Of a stretch of DNA of 64,000 nucleotides, positions 43,750 to 56,459 are shown one piece after another. The position numbers were made by a program, and so were the translations under genes. How positions within the stretch are numbered: position 1 is the first letter of the stretch; every line of letters starts with the position of its first letter. A model generated the notes under the pieces. It made no database searches and was not told the DNA's origin. It worked only from the letters and a program-made list of their open reading frames with translations. Source of the stretch: Escherichia coli (GTDB taxonomy: Bacteria > Pseudomonadota > Gammaproteobacteria > Enterobacterales > Enterobacteriaceae); NCBI RefSeq assembly GCF_030384885.1, contig NZ_CP128613.1. One strand, given 5' to 3'.

Positions 43750-46296
43750 TCACGAAAAATACTGCTGTAATAGCGGCGTGTCGTGATCCTGATTGGCAGG
43801 CGGCATGTTGCCGATAGATTTGGTGCGGAACGGAATCACCTGTTCACGACCATCAACCGTCACAATTTGATAGAACTGCGGCAGGTTGAAGTTGATGAAG
43901 CTTGAGCCGTAGGTAAAACGGTCGTGCGATGACGAGTAGAAGCGACTGACGTCACGCACCAGCTCCTCTTTGCTGCCTTCGCAGTGGTGATACACCTCAA
44001 CCCGGTTGCTTTCGTCGAGAATGTAGATATTAAAGCCATTCTCGTCTTGCGTTTCTTCGAAGAAGAACTGGATGATCCCTTCGCTGGCAAAGCCGTCCAC
44101 CACCGCCGGTAATTTGACGTGATTGGTTTCAACCTGCACTGACAGGCCGTGCAGTTTGTTATGCGAAATAGCGCCATAAAACTCGATGGCATTTTCCAGT
44201 TTCTGTACCGATACATTCAGGCGTTCGAAGAATAAGCCCCAAGTTTGACCAGAAACGCGCAGCGCCTTGAAGCGCCCGGTTTCCTGGCGGGTGCTGGACA
44301 GACGCAGTTCAATGCACTCAGAAACCAGTTGCTGCACGCGAGTACGGATTAAGCCGCGCAGATGCTGGCTGTAGCAGAAGACTTCCACGCTATCTGGCGG
44401 TGCGGCGTCCTGATGCATTTTGCCGAGAATAGTTTTCAGGGCTTCGATCATCGACTGCTCGCCGTTGAAGTGCAGCGTACGCACTTCGTTCCACGAGTTG
44501 CGGTACAGCAGGTCAACGCTACCTACCAGGCAATTTTGGTTTTCGCCAAAGCTGAAGACGTCCAACTTACGGAAATCAAAATGCACCACCTGATTGCGGA
44601 ACGCAGCTGTCGGGTCATATTCCAGGTTAACGATAATCGCCAGATGGCGAATTTCACACGGGCTGTAGAGCGCTTTTGGCGTCGGTGCAGGCAGGCGCAG
44701 CGGGAAATGGTGCGACACATCGGCGACCATCTCCTGCAACTTAGGCAAATCGACAATGCCGTTGCCTTTAATATACAAGCGGGTGCGCGAGGTCAGCAGG
44801 CCGTTAAACCATGCCCACGCCACCAGTTTATTCAGGTAACGGTTATATTCCAGCGGCTGATGGCTGATGATCGACTCAATATTTGGCGCGCGGTTATACA
44901 GATACCAACCTGAACGGTTAGCCCGGCCCGGCGGCACATAAATAAAGGTCAGATTCGGTTCCGAGAGATCGGGCGAAATCTGCGGGTTTACCAGCGTCAC
45001 TTTACCTGGCAATGCTTCAAACGCAGCGTACAGTTTACGCGTCAGAACACCGATATCCTGTGGGCTGGCGGAGACGCTAAGGTTATTGCGACGCGCAAAG
45101 CGGATCAGATTACGGTAGCTCTGCATCATTGCATCGAGCAGCTCGTTGTGCGCCTCACGCACCTGATCAATCTTCCAGTTAGCGCGGTTATCGAGCATTG
45201 CAAGACGACCATCGTCCCATTCCCACTCTTTCACTAACTGGGTTAGCACTTCACGACGCCAGCCTACACAGGCGCGTTCACGGCTGAGTTTTTCGCACAC
45301 TTTTAAATAGAAGCAGCGACGCACTAAATCCAGACGGGTGAAATCTTCAATCGCCGTCAGGTATTCAGTAACACGCTCCAGCATCATGCAGTACGGATCG
45401 AGACCAAACGATACAATCTCGCCGTCGTGCAAACGCTGTTTGATATCTTTCGCCAGCAGACGTGGGTTCGGGTATTCCCAGGAATAGGCTTCCAGCAGCA
45501 GTGTTTTCAGCACCGCTTTGTATGGGGAATCGATACTCTTATAGAGCTGCCAAAGGCTGGCACCAAAGTACTCTTCGGCAGAAAGTGAGCTTAAGCCGCC
45601 GAGATCCAGCCATTCATTAGGAGTAAGCACGCCCTGCGCGTAAAGCGTCATCACATAGTCGTCGTAATGCTCTTCTTCGTCACACGGCACCATATTCCAC
45701 AGAATACGCTTACCCGCGAGACGCACGGCAGTGCGATAAAATTCGTCAAGCAGCAGTATATGCTGGGTGGAGCCACAATCTTCGCCCCCCAGGCTGCCGC
45801 TTTCATTATGACGGAAGCGATTTTCATCAATCAGGAAGAAGCTAACTTCCACGCCCAGCGAGGCGGCCCAGCTTTCCAGCAGGCTGCATTTACGTTGTAG
45901 TAACTGGCGCTCTTCGCTATCAAGCCAGGATTGATGACAGACCCAGATATCCAGGTCAGAGGAACAACTTTGCCCTACGGACGAGGTGCTGCCCATGGTG
46001 TATACACCAGTAATTGGAAGCTCACCTTTCGGCGGATCCTGTACTGACATTCCACGATACAGTTCAAGCTCGTTCAGGTAGTGGCGTTGAGTTTCATCAG
46101 GCGTGTAAAGGCAAATGCCTTTGGGAACGTTACCATCAAGGTAACCCGGCATTAGCGGATGGTGATAGTGCAACAATGTCGGCAGTAGACTGTAGACCTG
46201 CTGGAATGCAGGCCCCATAGCAGCAAGCGCGCGATCCACACGCAATTGATTTATGGCATCCAGTCTCTGTTTCAGAGTCTCAATATAGAGGTACAA
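43750..46296 (-). CDS. cyaA: Adenylate cyclase (class I)
   Basis: 848 aa ...[30 protein letters not shown]...; initiation codon is TTG (ttg tac ctc tat att gag on the reverse strand). Confidence 0.95.
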   Translation of the reverse strand: MYLYIETLKQRLDAINQLRVDRALAAMGPAFQQVYSLLPTLLHYHHPLMPGYLDGNVPKGICLYTPDETQRHYLNELELYRGMSVQDPPKGELPITGVYTMGSTSSVGQSCSSDLDIWVCHQSWLDSEERQLLQRKCSLLESWAASLGVEVSFFLIDENRFRHNESGSLGGEDCGSTQHILLLDEFYRTAVRLAGKRILWNMVPCDEEEHYDDYVMTLYAQGVLTPNEWLDLGGLSSLSAEEYFGASLWQLYKSIDSPYKAVLKTLLLEAYSWEYPNPRLLAKDIKQRLHDGEIVSFGLDPYCMMLERVTEYLTAIEDFTRLDLVRRCFYLKVCEKLSRERACVGWRREVLTQLVKEWEWDDGRLAMLDNRANWKIDQVREAHNELLDAMMQSYRNLIRFARRNNLSVSASPQDIGVLTRKLYAAFEALPGKVTLVNPQISPDLSEPNLTFIYVPPGRANRSGWYLYNRAPNIESIISHQPLEYNRYLNKLVAWAWFNGLLTSRTRLYIKGNGIVDLPKLQEMVADVSHHFPLRLPAPTPKALYSPCEIRHLAIIVNLEYDPTAAFRNQVVHFDFRKLDVFSFGENQNCLVGSVDLLYRNSWNEVRTLHFNGEQSMIEALKTILGKMHQDAAPPDSVEVFCYSQHLRGLIRTRVQQLVSECIELRLSSTRQETGRFKALRVSGQTWGLFFERLNVSVQKLENAIEFYGAISHNKLHGLSVQVETNHVKLPAVVDGFASEGIIQFFFEETQDENGFNIYILDESNRVEVYHHCEGSKEELVRDVSRFYSSSHDRFTYGSSFINFNLPQFYQIVTVDGREQVIPFRTKSIGNMPPANQDHDTPLLQQYFS

Positions 46297-46682
46297 GACG
46301 TATCGCCTGATTTGCTACCCGTCATGACTGTGATTCCGCCAACATCAACGGTAACACGCGGCATTCGGGATATTTCGTATGTCAAAGGTAACCGTTACCA
46401 CTTTTCGCGCCTGGTTTTTTTAGTTTCACGACGAAAAAATGGTCTAAAACGTGATCAATTTAACACCTTGCTGATTGACCGTAAAGAAAGATGCGCTACA
46501 TACAAGTGTAGCACCGTTTATTCTCTGTAAATTCCTTATTACGACGGCGTGAAACGCCTGTCAGGATCCACTGCCAGACCTCATTTTACGGTTTGCGCAG
46601 GCGTCTACGTTTCACCACAACACTGACATCGCTCTGGCAAGGATGTTAGGATGGACCACGGATGATAATGACGGTAACAAGC

Positions 46683-47624
46683 ATGTTAGACAATGTTTTA
46701 AGAATTGCCACACGCCAAAGCCCACTTGCACTCTGGCAGGCACACTATGTCAAAGACAAGTTGATGGCGAGCCATCCGGGCCTGGTCGTTGAACTGGTAC
46801 CGATGGTGACGCGCGGCGATGTGATTCTTGATACGCCGCTGGCGAAAGTAGGCGGAAAAGGCTTATTTGTTAAAGAGCTGGAAGTCGCGCTCCTCGAAAA
46901 TCGCGCCGATATCGCCGTACATTCAATGAAAGATGTGCCGGTTGAATTCCCGCAAGGTCTGGGGCTGGTCACTATTTGCGAGCGTGAAGATCCTCGCGAT
47001 GCATTTGTGTCCAATAACTATGACAGTCTGGATGCGTTACCGGCAGGCAGTATCGTCGGGACGTCCAGTTTACGTCGCCAGTGCCAACTGGCTGAACGCC
47101 GCCCGGACCTGATTATCCGCTCCCTGCGCGGCAACGTCGGCACTCGCCTGAGCAAACTGGATAACGGCGAATACGATGCCATCATTCTTGCCGTAGCCGG
47201 ACTAAAACGTTTAGGTCTGGAGTCACGCATTCGCGCCGCACTGCCACCCGAGATTTCTCTTCCGGCAGTAGGGCAAGGTGCGGTAGGTATTGAATGCCGC
47301 CTTGATGATACTCGCACTCGCGAGCTGCTTGCCGCGCTGAATCACCACGAAACTGCACTGCGTGTTACCGCAGAACGCGCCATGAATACCCGTCTCGAAG
47401 GCGGATGTCAGGTGCCAATTGGTAGCTACGCCGAGCTTATTGATGGCGAAATCTGGCTGCGTGCGTTGGTCGGCGCGCCGGACGGTTCGCAGATTATTCG
47501 CGGTGAACGCCGCGGTGCGCCGCAAGATGCCGAACAAATGGGGATTTCGCTGGCAGAAGAGCTACTGAATAACGGCGCGCGCGAGATCCTTGCTGAAGTC
47601 TATAACGGAGACGCCCCGGCATGA
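46683..47624 (+). CDS. hemC: Porphobilinogen deaminase (hydroxymethylbilane synthase)
   Basis: ORF 46662..47624; start trimmed to [20 protein letters not shown] (313 aa). Confidence 0.95.
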
Positions 47625-48361
47625 GTATCCTGGTCACCCGCCCGTCTCCCGCAGGAGAAGAGTTAGTGAGCCGTCTGCGCACACTGGGGCAGGTGGCCTG
47701 GCATTTTCCGCTGATTGAGTTTTCTCCGGGTCGACAATTACCGCAACTTGCTGATCAACTGGCAGCGCTGGGAGAGAGCGATCTGTTGTTTGCCCTCTCG
47801 CAACACGCGGTTGCTTTTGCCCAATCACAGCTGCATCAGCAAGAGCGTAAATGGCCCCACCTACCCACTTATTTTGCCATTGGACGGACCACCGCACTGG
47901 CGCTACATACCGTAAGCGGACAGAAGATTCTCTACCCGCAGGATCGGGAAATCAGCGAAGTCTTGCTACAATTACCTGAATTACAAAATATTGCGGGCAA
48001 ACGTGCGCTGATATTACGTGGCAATGGCGGTCGTGAGCTAATTGGGGATACCCTGACGGCGCGCGGTGCTGAGGTCACTTTTTGTGAATGTTATCAACGA
48101 TGCGCAATCCATTACGATGGTGCAGAAGAAGCGATGCGCTGGCAATCCCGCGAGGTGACGACGGTCGTTGTTACCAGCGGTGAAATGTTGCAGCAACTCT
48201 GGTCGCTGATCCCACAATGGTATCGTGAGCACTGGTTACTACGCTGCCGACTATTGGTCGTCAGTGAGCGTTTGGCGAAACTCGCCCGGGAACTGGGCTG
48301 GCAAGACATTAAGGTCGCCGATAACGCTGACAACGATGCGCTTTTACGGGCATTACAATAA
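47621..48361 (+). CDS. hemD: Uroporphyrinogen-III synthase
   Basis: 246 aa [34 protein letters not shown]...; 4-bp overlap with hemC. Confidence 0.9.
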
Positions 48362-48382
48362 CTCTCATAACAGGAAGCCATA

Positions 48383-49570
48383 ATGACGGAACAAGAAAAA
48401 ACCTCCGCCGTGGTTGAAGAGACCAGGGAGGCCGTGGACACCACGTCACAACCTGTCGCAACAGAAAAAAAGAGCAAGAACAACACCGCATTGATTCTCA
48501 GCGCGGTGGCTATCGCTATTGCTCTGGCGGCGGGCGTCGGTTTGTATGGCTGGGGTAAACAACAGGCCGTCAATCAGACTGCCACCAGCGATGCCCTGGC
48601 TAACCAACTTACGGCACTGCAAAAAGCCCAGGAGAGCCAAAAAGCCGAGCTGGAAGGCATTATCAAGCAACAAGCTGTACAGCTTGAGCAAGCGAATCGT
48701 CAGCAAGAAACGCTGGCAAAACAGCTGGATGAAGTCCAACAAAAGGTCGCGACTATTTCCGGCAGCGATGCTAAAACCTGGCTGCTGGCCCAGGCTGATT
48801 TCCTGGTGAAACTCGCCGGAAGGAAGCTGTGGAGCGATCAGGACGTCACGACCGCTGCAGCGTTGCTGAAAAGTGCAGATGCCAGCCTGGCGGATATGAA
48901 TGACCCGAGTCTGATTACCGTTCGTCGGGCAATTACCGATGATATCGCCAGCCTTTCTGCGGTATCGCAGGTGGATTATGACGGCATCATCCTTAAGCTG
49001 AATCAGCTTTCTAATCAGGTAGATAACCTGCGTCTGGCCGATAATGACAGCGATGGTTCACCAATGGATTCCGACGGTGAAGAGCTTTCCAGTTCCCTCA
49101 GCGAATGGCGTATCAATCTACAAAAAAGCTGGCAGAACTTTATGGACAACTTCATTACGATTCGCCGTCGTGATGACACCGCCGTACCACTGTTAGCACC
49201 GAATCAGGATATCTATCTGCGCGAAAATATTCGCTCCCGCCTGCTGGTCGCGGCACAAGCCGTACCGCGTCATCAGGAAGAGACTTACCGCCAGGCGCTG
49301 GAGAATGTCTCCACCTGGGTACGTGCTTACTACGATACTGATGATGCCACCACCAAAGCGTTCCTCGACGAGGTGGACCAGTTAAGCCAGCAAAATATCT
49401 CGATGGATCTCCCGGAAACCCTGCAAAGCCAGGCGATGCTGGAAAAACTGATGCAGACCCGCGTGCGTAACCTGCTGGCACAACCGGCAGCAGGGACAAC
49501 GGAAGCTAAACCTGCACCTGCACCTGCACCGCAAGCTGATACTCCGGCAGCCGCGCCGCAAGGAGAATAA
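48383..49570 (+). CDS. hemX: HemX family membrane protein
   Basis: 395 aa; N-terminal TM segment then Q/A-rich coiled coil; conserved position. Confidence 0.9.
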   Translation: MTEQEKTSAVVEETREAVDTTSQPVATEKKSKNNTALILSAVAIAIALAAGVGLYGWGKQQAVNQTATSDALANQLTALQKAQESQKAELEGIIKQQAVQLEQANRQQETLAKQLDEVQQKVATISGSDAKTWLLAQADFLVKLAGRKLWSDQDVTTAAALLKSADASLADMNDPSLITVRRAITDDIASLSAVSQVDYDGIILKLNQLSNQVDNLRLADNDSDGSPMDSDGEELSSSLSEWRINLQKSWQNFMDNFITIRRRDDTAVPLLAPNQDIYLRENIRSRLLVAAQAVPRHQEETYRQALENVSTWVRAYYDTDDATTKAFLDEVDQLSQQNISMDLPETLQSQAMLEKLMQTRVRNLLAQPAAGTTEAKPAPAPAPQADTPAAAPQGE

Positions 49571-49572
49571 CC

Positions 49573-50769
49573 ATGCTAAAAGTGTTATTGCTCTTTGTGT
49601 TGCTGATTGCGGGGATCGTGGTCGGCCCGATGATTGCCGGTCATCAGGGTTACGTGCTGATCCAGACCGATACCTACAATATCGAAACCAGCGTCACGGG
49701 CCTGGCGATCATTTTGATTCTGGCGATGGTAGTGCTGTTTGCCATTGAGTGGCTACTGCGGCGGATCTTCCGCACAGGCGCACACACCCGTGGGTGGTTT
49801 GTCGGACGTAAGCGTCGCCGTGCCCGTAAGCAGACCGAACAGGCGCTGCTGAAACTAGCGGAAGGCGATTATCAGCAAGTTGAAAAGCTGATGGCGAAAA
49901 ATGCCGATCACGCTGAACAACCGGTGGTGAACTATCTGCTGGCTGCCGAAGCCGCGCAACAACGCGGTGATGAAGCACGCGCCAACCAACATCTGGAACG
50001 CGCAGCGGAGCTGGCCGGCAACGACACAATTCCGGTAGAAATCACCCGTGTACGTCTGCAACTGGCCCGTAATGAAAACCATGCAGCACGTCACGGCGTT
50101 GATAAGCTGCTGGAAGTTACGCCACGCCATCCGGAAGTATTACGTCTGGCGGAACAGGCGTATATCCGCACTGGTGCATGGAGTTCGCTGCTGGATATCA
50201 TCCCATCAATGGCAAAAGCCCACGTTGGCGATGAAGAGCATCGTGCAATGCTGGAACAACAGGCATGGATTGGCCTGATGGATCAGGCGCGTGCCGATAA
50301 CGGTAGCGAAGGTTTGCGTAACTGGTGGAAAAACCAAAGCCGGAAAACGCGTCATCAGGTGGCGTTACAGGTGGCAATGGCGGAACATCTTATTGAATGT
50401 GACGATCATGATACTGCCCAGCAAATTATCATCGACGGCCTGAAACGCCAGTATGACGATCGCCTGCTGCTGCCGATCCCGCGTCTGAAAACCAATAACC
50501 CGGAACAGCTGGAAAAAGTGCTGCGCCAACAGATCAAAAACGTGGGCGATCGCCCGTTGTTGTGGAGCACACTGGGTCAGTCGCTGATGAAGCACGGCGA
50601 ATGGCAGGAAGCATCGCTCGCCTTCCGCGCGGCGCTGAAACAACGTCCGGACGCCTACGATTACGCATGGCTTGCCGACGCGCTGGACAGACTGCACAAG
50701 CCGGAAGAAGCCGCAGCGATGCGTCGCGATGGCTTGATGTTAACGTTGCAGAACAACCCGCCACAGTAG
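49573..50769 (+). CDS. hemY: HemY protein (TPR-containing inner-membrane protein)
   Basis: 398 aa MLKVLLLFVLLIAGIVVGPMIAGHQGYVLIQTDTYNIETS... Confidence 0.9.
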   Translation: MLKVLLLFVLLIAGIVVGPMIAGHQGYVLIQTDTYNIETSVTGLAIILILAMVVLFAIEWLLRRIFRTGAHTRGWFVGRKRRRARKQTEQALLKLAEGDYQQVEKLMAKNADHAEQPVVNYLLAAEAAQQRGDEARANQHLERAAELAGNDTIPVEITRVRLQLARNENHAARHGVDKLLEVTPRHPEVLRLAEQAYIRTGAWSSLLDIIPSMAKAHVGDEEHRAMLEQQAWIGLMDQARADNGSEGLRNWWKNQSRKTRHQVALQVAMAEHLIECDDHDTAQQIIIDGLKRQYDDRLLLPIPRLKTNNPEQLEKVLRQQIKNVGDRPLLWSTLGQSLMKHGEWQEASLAFRAALKQRPDAYDYAWLADALDRLHKPEEAAAMRRDGLMLTLQNNPPQ

Positions 50770-50780
50770 CTCTTTCTCAC

Positions 50781-50805
50781 CCGGAGGCAAGCACCTCCGG
50801 GGCCT
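50781..50805 (+). terminator. Hairpin CCCGGAGG-caagca-CCTCCGGG immediately after hemY; putative rho-independent terminator
   Basis: Inverted repeat followed by a T-rich stretch. Confidence 0.45.
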
Positions 50806-50816
50806 TTCTGATATAT

Positions 50817-51013
50817 AAAAAAACGCCTGCTCTTATTACGGAGCAGGCGTTAAAACAGGTCTGTATGACAACAAGTGGGTGCTTCACTCAACGTTGTGTC
50901 CATGGTGTCTGATGAGGCATAAGCGACATCTGTCAGTGGACGATAAGCACCGTAAACGGCTCTGCGTCATTCCGGAGTTTATGAGGCACTAAGGCGAACA
51001 TAAGAGATGGAAT
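50817..51013 (-). ncRNA. glmZ: Small RNA GlmZ (SraJ/RyiA), regulator of glmS
   Basis: Reverse strand reads GTAGATGCTCATTCCATCTCTTATGTTCGCCTTAGTGCCTCATAAACTCCGGAATGACGCAGAGCCG... and ends in terminator GCCTGCTCCGTAATAAGAGCAGGCGTTTTTTT; matches GlmZ as recalled and its known hemY-aslA intergenic position; exact 5' end within a few nt. Confidence 0.8.
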
Positions 51014-52898
51014 GAGCATCTACTCGTTTATTATGCCACAGAGAACCGGGAAATAACATCCCTTAACACTTGTTATGAGATAATTCTGTAATCCTCTTTG
51101 CTTCCTGAGTAATAACTTCCTGAGTGAATATTTCTCCTGCGCACGATTCTACACATATATATAATGAATAATAAAAGTCATTCAATTAATAACATATATA
51201 TTAATTGCCGTTAAAACTAAAAACAGCATCAATAATCAACGCGATATAACATCACCGCCTTACATATCACCTGCGCCAGAGGTAGGATTGAAAACGCTCT
51301 CCTGATTTTCCAATTCATTATCTGGATAAATAAATAATTTATTTTTATCACTATTATTTATGCAATCATCCTGTCAGGGAGAAGGATCTCAATTATCAAT
51401 GCTTAATTACGTCAACATTTTGACGACATGAAACCGGAGCATTTTGCATGGAATTTTCGTTTTCACCCAAACTTCTTGTTGTGGCTGTCGCCGCCGCTCT
51501 TCCACTCATGGCCAGCGCAGCAGATACCCCGTCAACCGCCACCGCACGCAAAGGCTTTGCCGGATACGATCACCCAAACCAGTATCTGGTTAAACCGGCG
51601 ACCACTATTGCCGACAACATGATGCCGGTGATGCAGCATCCTGCACAAGACAAAGAAACCCAGCAGAAACTGGCGGAACTTGAGAAAAAAACCGGTAAGA
51701 AACCGAACGTGGTTGTTTTCTTGCTGGATGATGTGGGCTGGATGGACGTTGGCTTTAACGGCGGCGGCGTGGCGGTGGGTAACCCTACACCAGATATCGA
51801 CGCCGTTGCCAGCCAGGGGCTGATTTTAACTTCGGCGTATTCTCAACCGAGTTCTTCCCCAACCCGCGCCACGATTCTCACCGGACAATACTCCATCCAC
51901 CACGGCATTCTGATGCCGCCAATGTACGGGCAACCGGGCGGTCTGCAAGGGTTAACCACGCTGCCACAGTTGCTGCACGATCAGGGCTACGTCACCCAGG
52001 CTATCGGGAAATGGCATATGGGGGAAAACAAAGAGTCGCAGCCGCAGAACGTTGGCTTTGATGATTTCCGCGGCTTTAACTCGGTATCTGATATGTATAC
52101 CGAATGGCGTGATGTTCATGTCAACCCGGAAGTCGCCCTGAGCCCGGATCGTTCTGAATACATCCAAAAACTGCCGTTCAGCAAAGATGACGTTCATGCC
52201 GTGCGCGGCGGTGAACAGGAAGCCATTGCCGACATTACGCCGAAATATATGGAAGATCTGGATCAACGCTGGATGGAATATGGCGTTAAGTTCCTCGACA
52301 AGATGGCGAAGAGCGATAAGCCTTTCTTCCTCTACTACGGCACTCGCGGCTGTCACTTCGATAACTACCCAAATGCGAAATATGCGGGTAGCTCTCCGGC
52401 GCGCACCTCTTACGGCGACTGCATGGTGGAGATGAACGATATCTTCGCCAATCTGTATAAAGCACTGGAGAAAAACGGTCAGCTTGATAACACGCTGATT
52501 GTGTTCACCTCTGATAACGGTCCGGAAGCTGAAGTTCCGCCGCACGGTCGCACGCCGTTCCGCGGTGCGAAAGGTTCTACATGGGAAGGCGGCGTTCGTG
52601 TGCCAACCTTCGTTTACTGGAAAGGGATGATCCAACCGCGTAAATCTGACGGTATTGTCGATCTGGCGGATCTCTTCCCTACGGCGCTGGATCTGGCAGG
52701 ACATCCTGGAGCGAAAGTGGCGAATTTAGTGCCGAAAACCACCTTTATTGATGGTGTGGACCAGACATCTTTCTTCCTGGGAACAAATGGTCAGTCTAAC
52801 CGTAAGGCCGAGCACTACTTCCTCAATGGCAAACTTTCTGCTGTGCGTATGGATGAGTTCAAGTATCACGTCCTGATCCAGCAACCGTACGCGTATAC

Positions 52899-54148
<1,250 letters not shown>

Positions 54149-54400
54149 CCACTACATACCCAGAGCGGGTATCAGGGTGGATTCACCGGCACTGTAATGC
54201 AAACGGCGGGATCGTCGGTGTTTAACCTGTACACCGATCCGCAGGAAAGCGACTCTATCGGCGTGCGCCATATCCCAATGGGTGTACCGCTACAGACCGA
54301 AATGCACGCGTATATGGAGATCCTGAAAAAATATCCGCCGCGCGCGCAGATTAAATCTGATTAAGCCGGCGCTATCGCTACATCGGGCCACACTGACCTT

Positions 54401-54504
54401 GCCGGATGCGGCGTGAACGCCTTATCCGGCCTACAAGCCTTGCAAATTCAATAAATTGCAGCGTCCTGTAGGCCGGATAAGATGCGTCAGCATCACATCC
54501 GGCA
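54401..54504. repeat. REP/BIME cluster between aslA and aslB
   Basis: GCCGGATGCGGCGTGAACGCCTTATCCGGCCTAC ... GTAGGCCGGATAAGATGCGTCAGCATCACATCCGGC. Confidence 0.55.
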
Positions 54505-54538
54505 ATCAACCGCAGGCGGTCACAAAATGGCTGCTTTT

Positions 54539-55774
54539 TTACTTATTCACCACCATCAAATGCGCCTGCATAATGTCGCTGGCCGGACGACCGTGCGCCA
54601 GCAAATCAGCCATTGCTTTAAGATATGGCGGTAGATAGCGGAAATAACGCTGATACCCGGCACACAAGTAATTTAGCCCCGGCTTACCGCTGGCATCGAG
54701 CATAAAGCGGTGTTTCGGGCAGCCTCCCCAACATGCTTTTAACACGTTACAACTGCGACACTGCGCCGGTAACTGCTTAAATTTATTTTCTCCAAACACC
54801 TGCTGCTGCGGGGAATCTACCATTTCTGCAATTGTTTGCTGAAGCATATTCCCCAGTCGATATTGCGGATAAACATAGTGATCGCAGGCGTAAACGTCGC
54901 CGTTGTGTTCGACAATCACCGAGCGTCCACAGGTCGGCTGATGATGGCAAACCGCACCCGGCGCACCGACAAAATTGGCAAACGCCCATTCGGTATTCAT
55001 CACGAAAATCTTGCCGACGTCACGTTTGATCCAGTGGTCAAAAATTGCCACCAGAAACTCACCGAACTCATCGGGGCGCACCGACCATTCTGTCAGTTCC
55101 CCCTGAATATCACCAGGCGCATGTAATTTCAGTCCATTGCGGGCAGCTGTTTCATCAGCCAGGCGCTCCACCACCGGAATAAACTGGATGAACTCCACGC
55201 CTGCATTGCACAAAAAATCATAAACCTGTAACGGTTGCTGCGCGCTGGTGCGGTTGACACAGACCAGCACGTTATAGTCGACATGATGTTTTTGCAGGAG
55301 CGTCAGGGCACGCATCACCAGCTTATGCGTGGGTCTGCCACCTTTGGTCACGCGATATTGATTGTGGATCTCAGCCGGACCGTCCAGCGATAACCCAACC
55401 AGAAAATGATTTTCTGCCAGAAATGAACACCATTCATCATCGAGCAGCACACCGTTAGTCTGAAAGCTGTTACTTACCTTCCTACCAGCACCATATTTCG
55501 CCTGTAGCGCCACGGCACGGCGGTAAAAATCCAGCCCGAGTAACGTTGGTTCGCCGCCCTGCCAGGTAAAAGCCACTTCGTTTTGGGGTTCGCTGGCAGC
55601 GATATAGTGACGGACATACGCTTCCAGCGTGTCATCGTCCATATGCGCAACTGGCTTTTCGCGGTAAAGGGATTGTTTTTCGAGATAAAAACAGTAGTCA
55701 CAGTTCAGATTACAATCGGAACCGCTTGGTTTCGCCATCACATGAAAAGCACGCGTTGGAACCTGTTGCAGCAT
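54539..55774 (-). CDS. aslB: Anaerobic sulfatase-maturating enzyme AslB (radical SAM)
   Basis: ORF 54539..55804; start trimmed to MLQQVPTRAFHVMAKPSGSDCNLNCDYCFY (CxxxCxxC radical SAM motif); 411 aa. Confidence 0.9.
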   Translation of the reverse strand: MLQQVPTRAFHVMAKPSGSDCNLNCDYCFYLEKQSLYREKPVAHMDDDTLEAYVRHYIAASEPQNEVAFTWQGGEPTLLGLDFYRRAVALQAKYGAGRKVSNSFQTNGVLLDDEWCSFLAENHFLVGLSLDGPAEIHNQYRVTKGGRPTHKLVMRALTLLQKHHVDYNVLVCVNRTSAQQPLQVYDFLCNAGVEFIQFIPVVERLADETAARNGLKLHAPGDIQGELTEWSVRPDEFGEFLVAIFDHWIKRDVGKIFVMNTEWAFANFVGAPGAVCHHQPTCGRSVIVEHNGDVYACDHYVYPQYRLGNMLQQTIAEMVDSPQQQVFGENKFKQLPAQCRSCNVLKACWGGCPKHRFMLDASGKPGLNYLCAGYQRYFRYLPPYLKAMADLLAHGRPASDIMQAHLMVVNK

Positions 55775-55885
55775 GGTCGCTCCTTGCCTGAAGTCATCCT
55801 TCAATACGTTAAGGGCGAAATCATACCGTGTAGCAATGAGTGATTACGGGCGTTTATTGCGAAGGGAGAGTGATGAAATGCACAG

Positions 55886-55912
55886 AAAACAAAAAACCCC
55901 GCCGAAGCGGGG
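55886..55912 (-). terminator. Rho-independent terminator of the tRNA operon (CCCCGCTTCGGCGGGG + U-run on the reverse strand)
   Basis: GC-rich hairpin followed by T-run immediately 3' of tRNA-Pro. Confidence 0.55.
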
Positions 55913-55920
55913 TTCAAAAT

Positions 55921-55997
55921 TGGTCGGCGAGAGAGGATTCGAACCTCCGACCCACTGGTCCCAAACCAGTTGCGCTACCAAGCTGCGCTACTCGCCG
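55921..55997 (-). tRNA. proM: tRNA-Pro (anticodon UGG)
   Basis: Reverse complement CGGCGAGTAGCGCAGCTTGGTAGCGCAACTGGTTTGGGACCAGTGGGTCGGAGGTTCGAATCCTCTCTCGCCGACCA; cloverleaf with UUUGGGA anticodon loop. Confidence 0.95.
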
Positions 55998-56039
55998 AAA
56001 TACTGCTTTTTGAATTTTTAGTTCAATTCTTTAAAGTCG

Positions 56040-56126
56040 TGGTGCGAGGGGGGGGACTTGAACCCCCACGTCCGTAAGGACACTAACACCTGAAGCTAGC
56101 GCGTCTACCAATTCCGCCACCTTCGC
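56040..56126 (-). tRNA. leuT: tRNA-Leu (anticodon CAG), 87 nt with long variable arm
   Basis: Reverse complement GCGAAGGTGGCGGAATTGGTAGACGCGCTAGCTTCAGGTGTTAGTGTCCTTACGGACGTGGGGGTTCAAGTCCCCCCCCTCGCACCA. Confidence 0.95.
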
Positions 56127-56146
56127 ATTGTCACAACTTCTAATAA

Positions 56147-56223
56147 TGGGGTGGCTAATGGGATTCGAACCCACGACAACTGGAATCACAATCCAGGGCT
56201 CTACCAACTGAGCTATAGCCACC
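56147..56223 (-). tRNA. hisR: tRNA-His (anticodon GUG) with G-1
   Basis: Reverse complement GGTGGCTATAGCTCAGTTGGTAGAGCCCTGGATTGTGATTCCAGTTGTCGTGGGTTCGAATCCCATTAGCCACCCCA. Confidence 0.95.
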
Positions 56224-56280
56224 ACTACAAATCTTGTTACGCGGTATTACTACCACCGCAGCTCAAGCGCCGGGACTAAA

Positions 56281-56357
<77 letters not shown>

Positions 56358-56459
56358 TTAGCGCCGTTGCGGGGGTGGATAATACGGACTTCCCACCCCT
56401 CTGTCTAGTCCCTTTTTAAATAAATTGCGCGTTTGGTTACGGTTTGTGCGTTTTGCTGC

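Noticed and set aside
54621-54640. GGCGGTAG (ops-like RfaH recruitment motif) on the + strand
   Set aside because: It is inside the aslB coding region on the non-coding strand, not in an operon leader; most likely a chance 8-mer.
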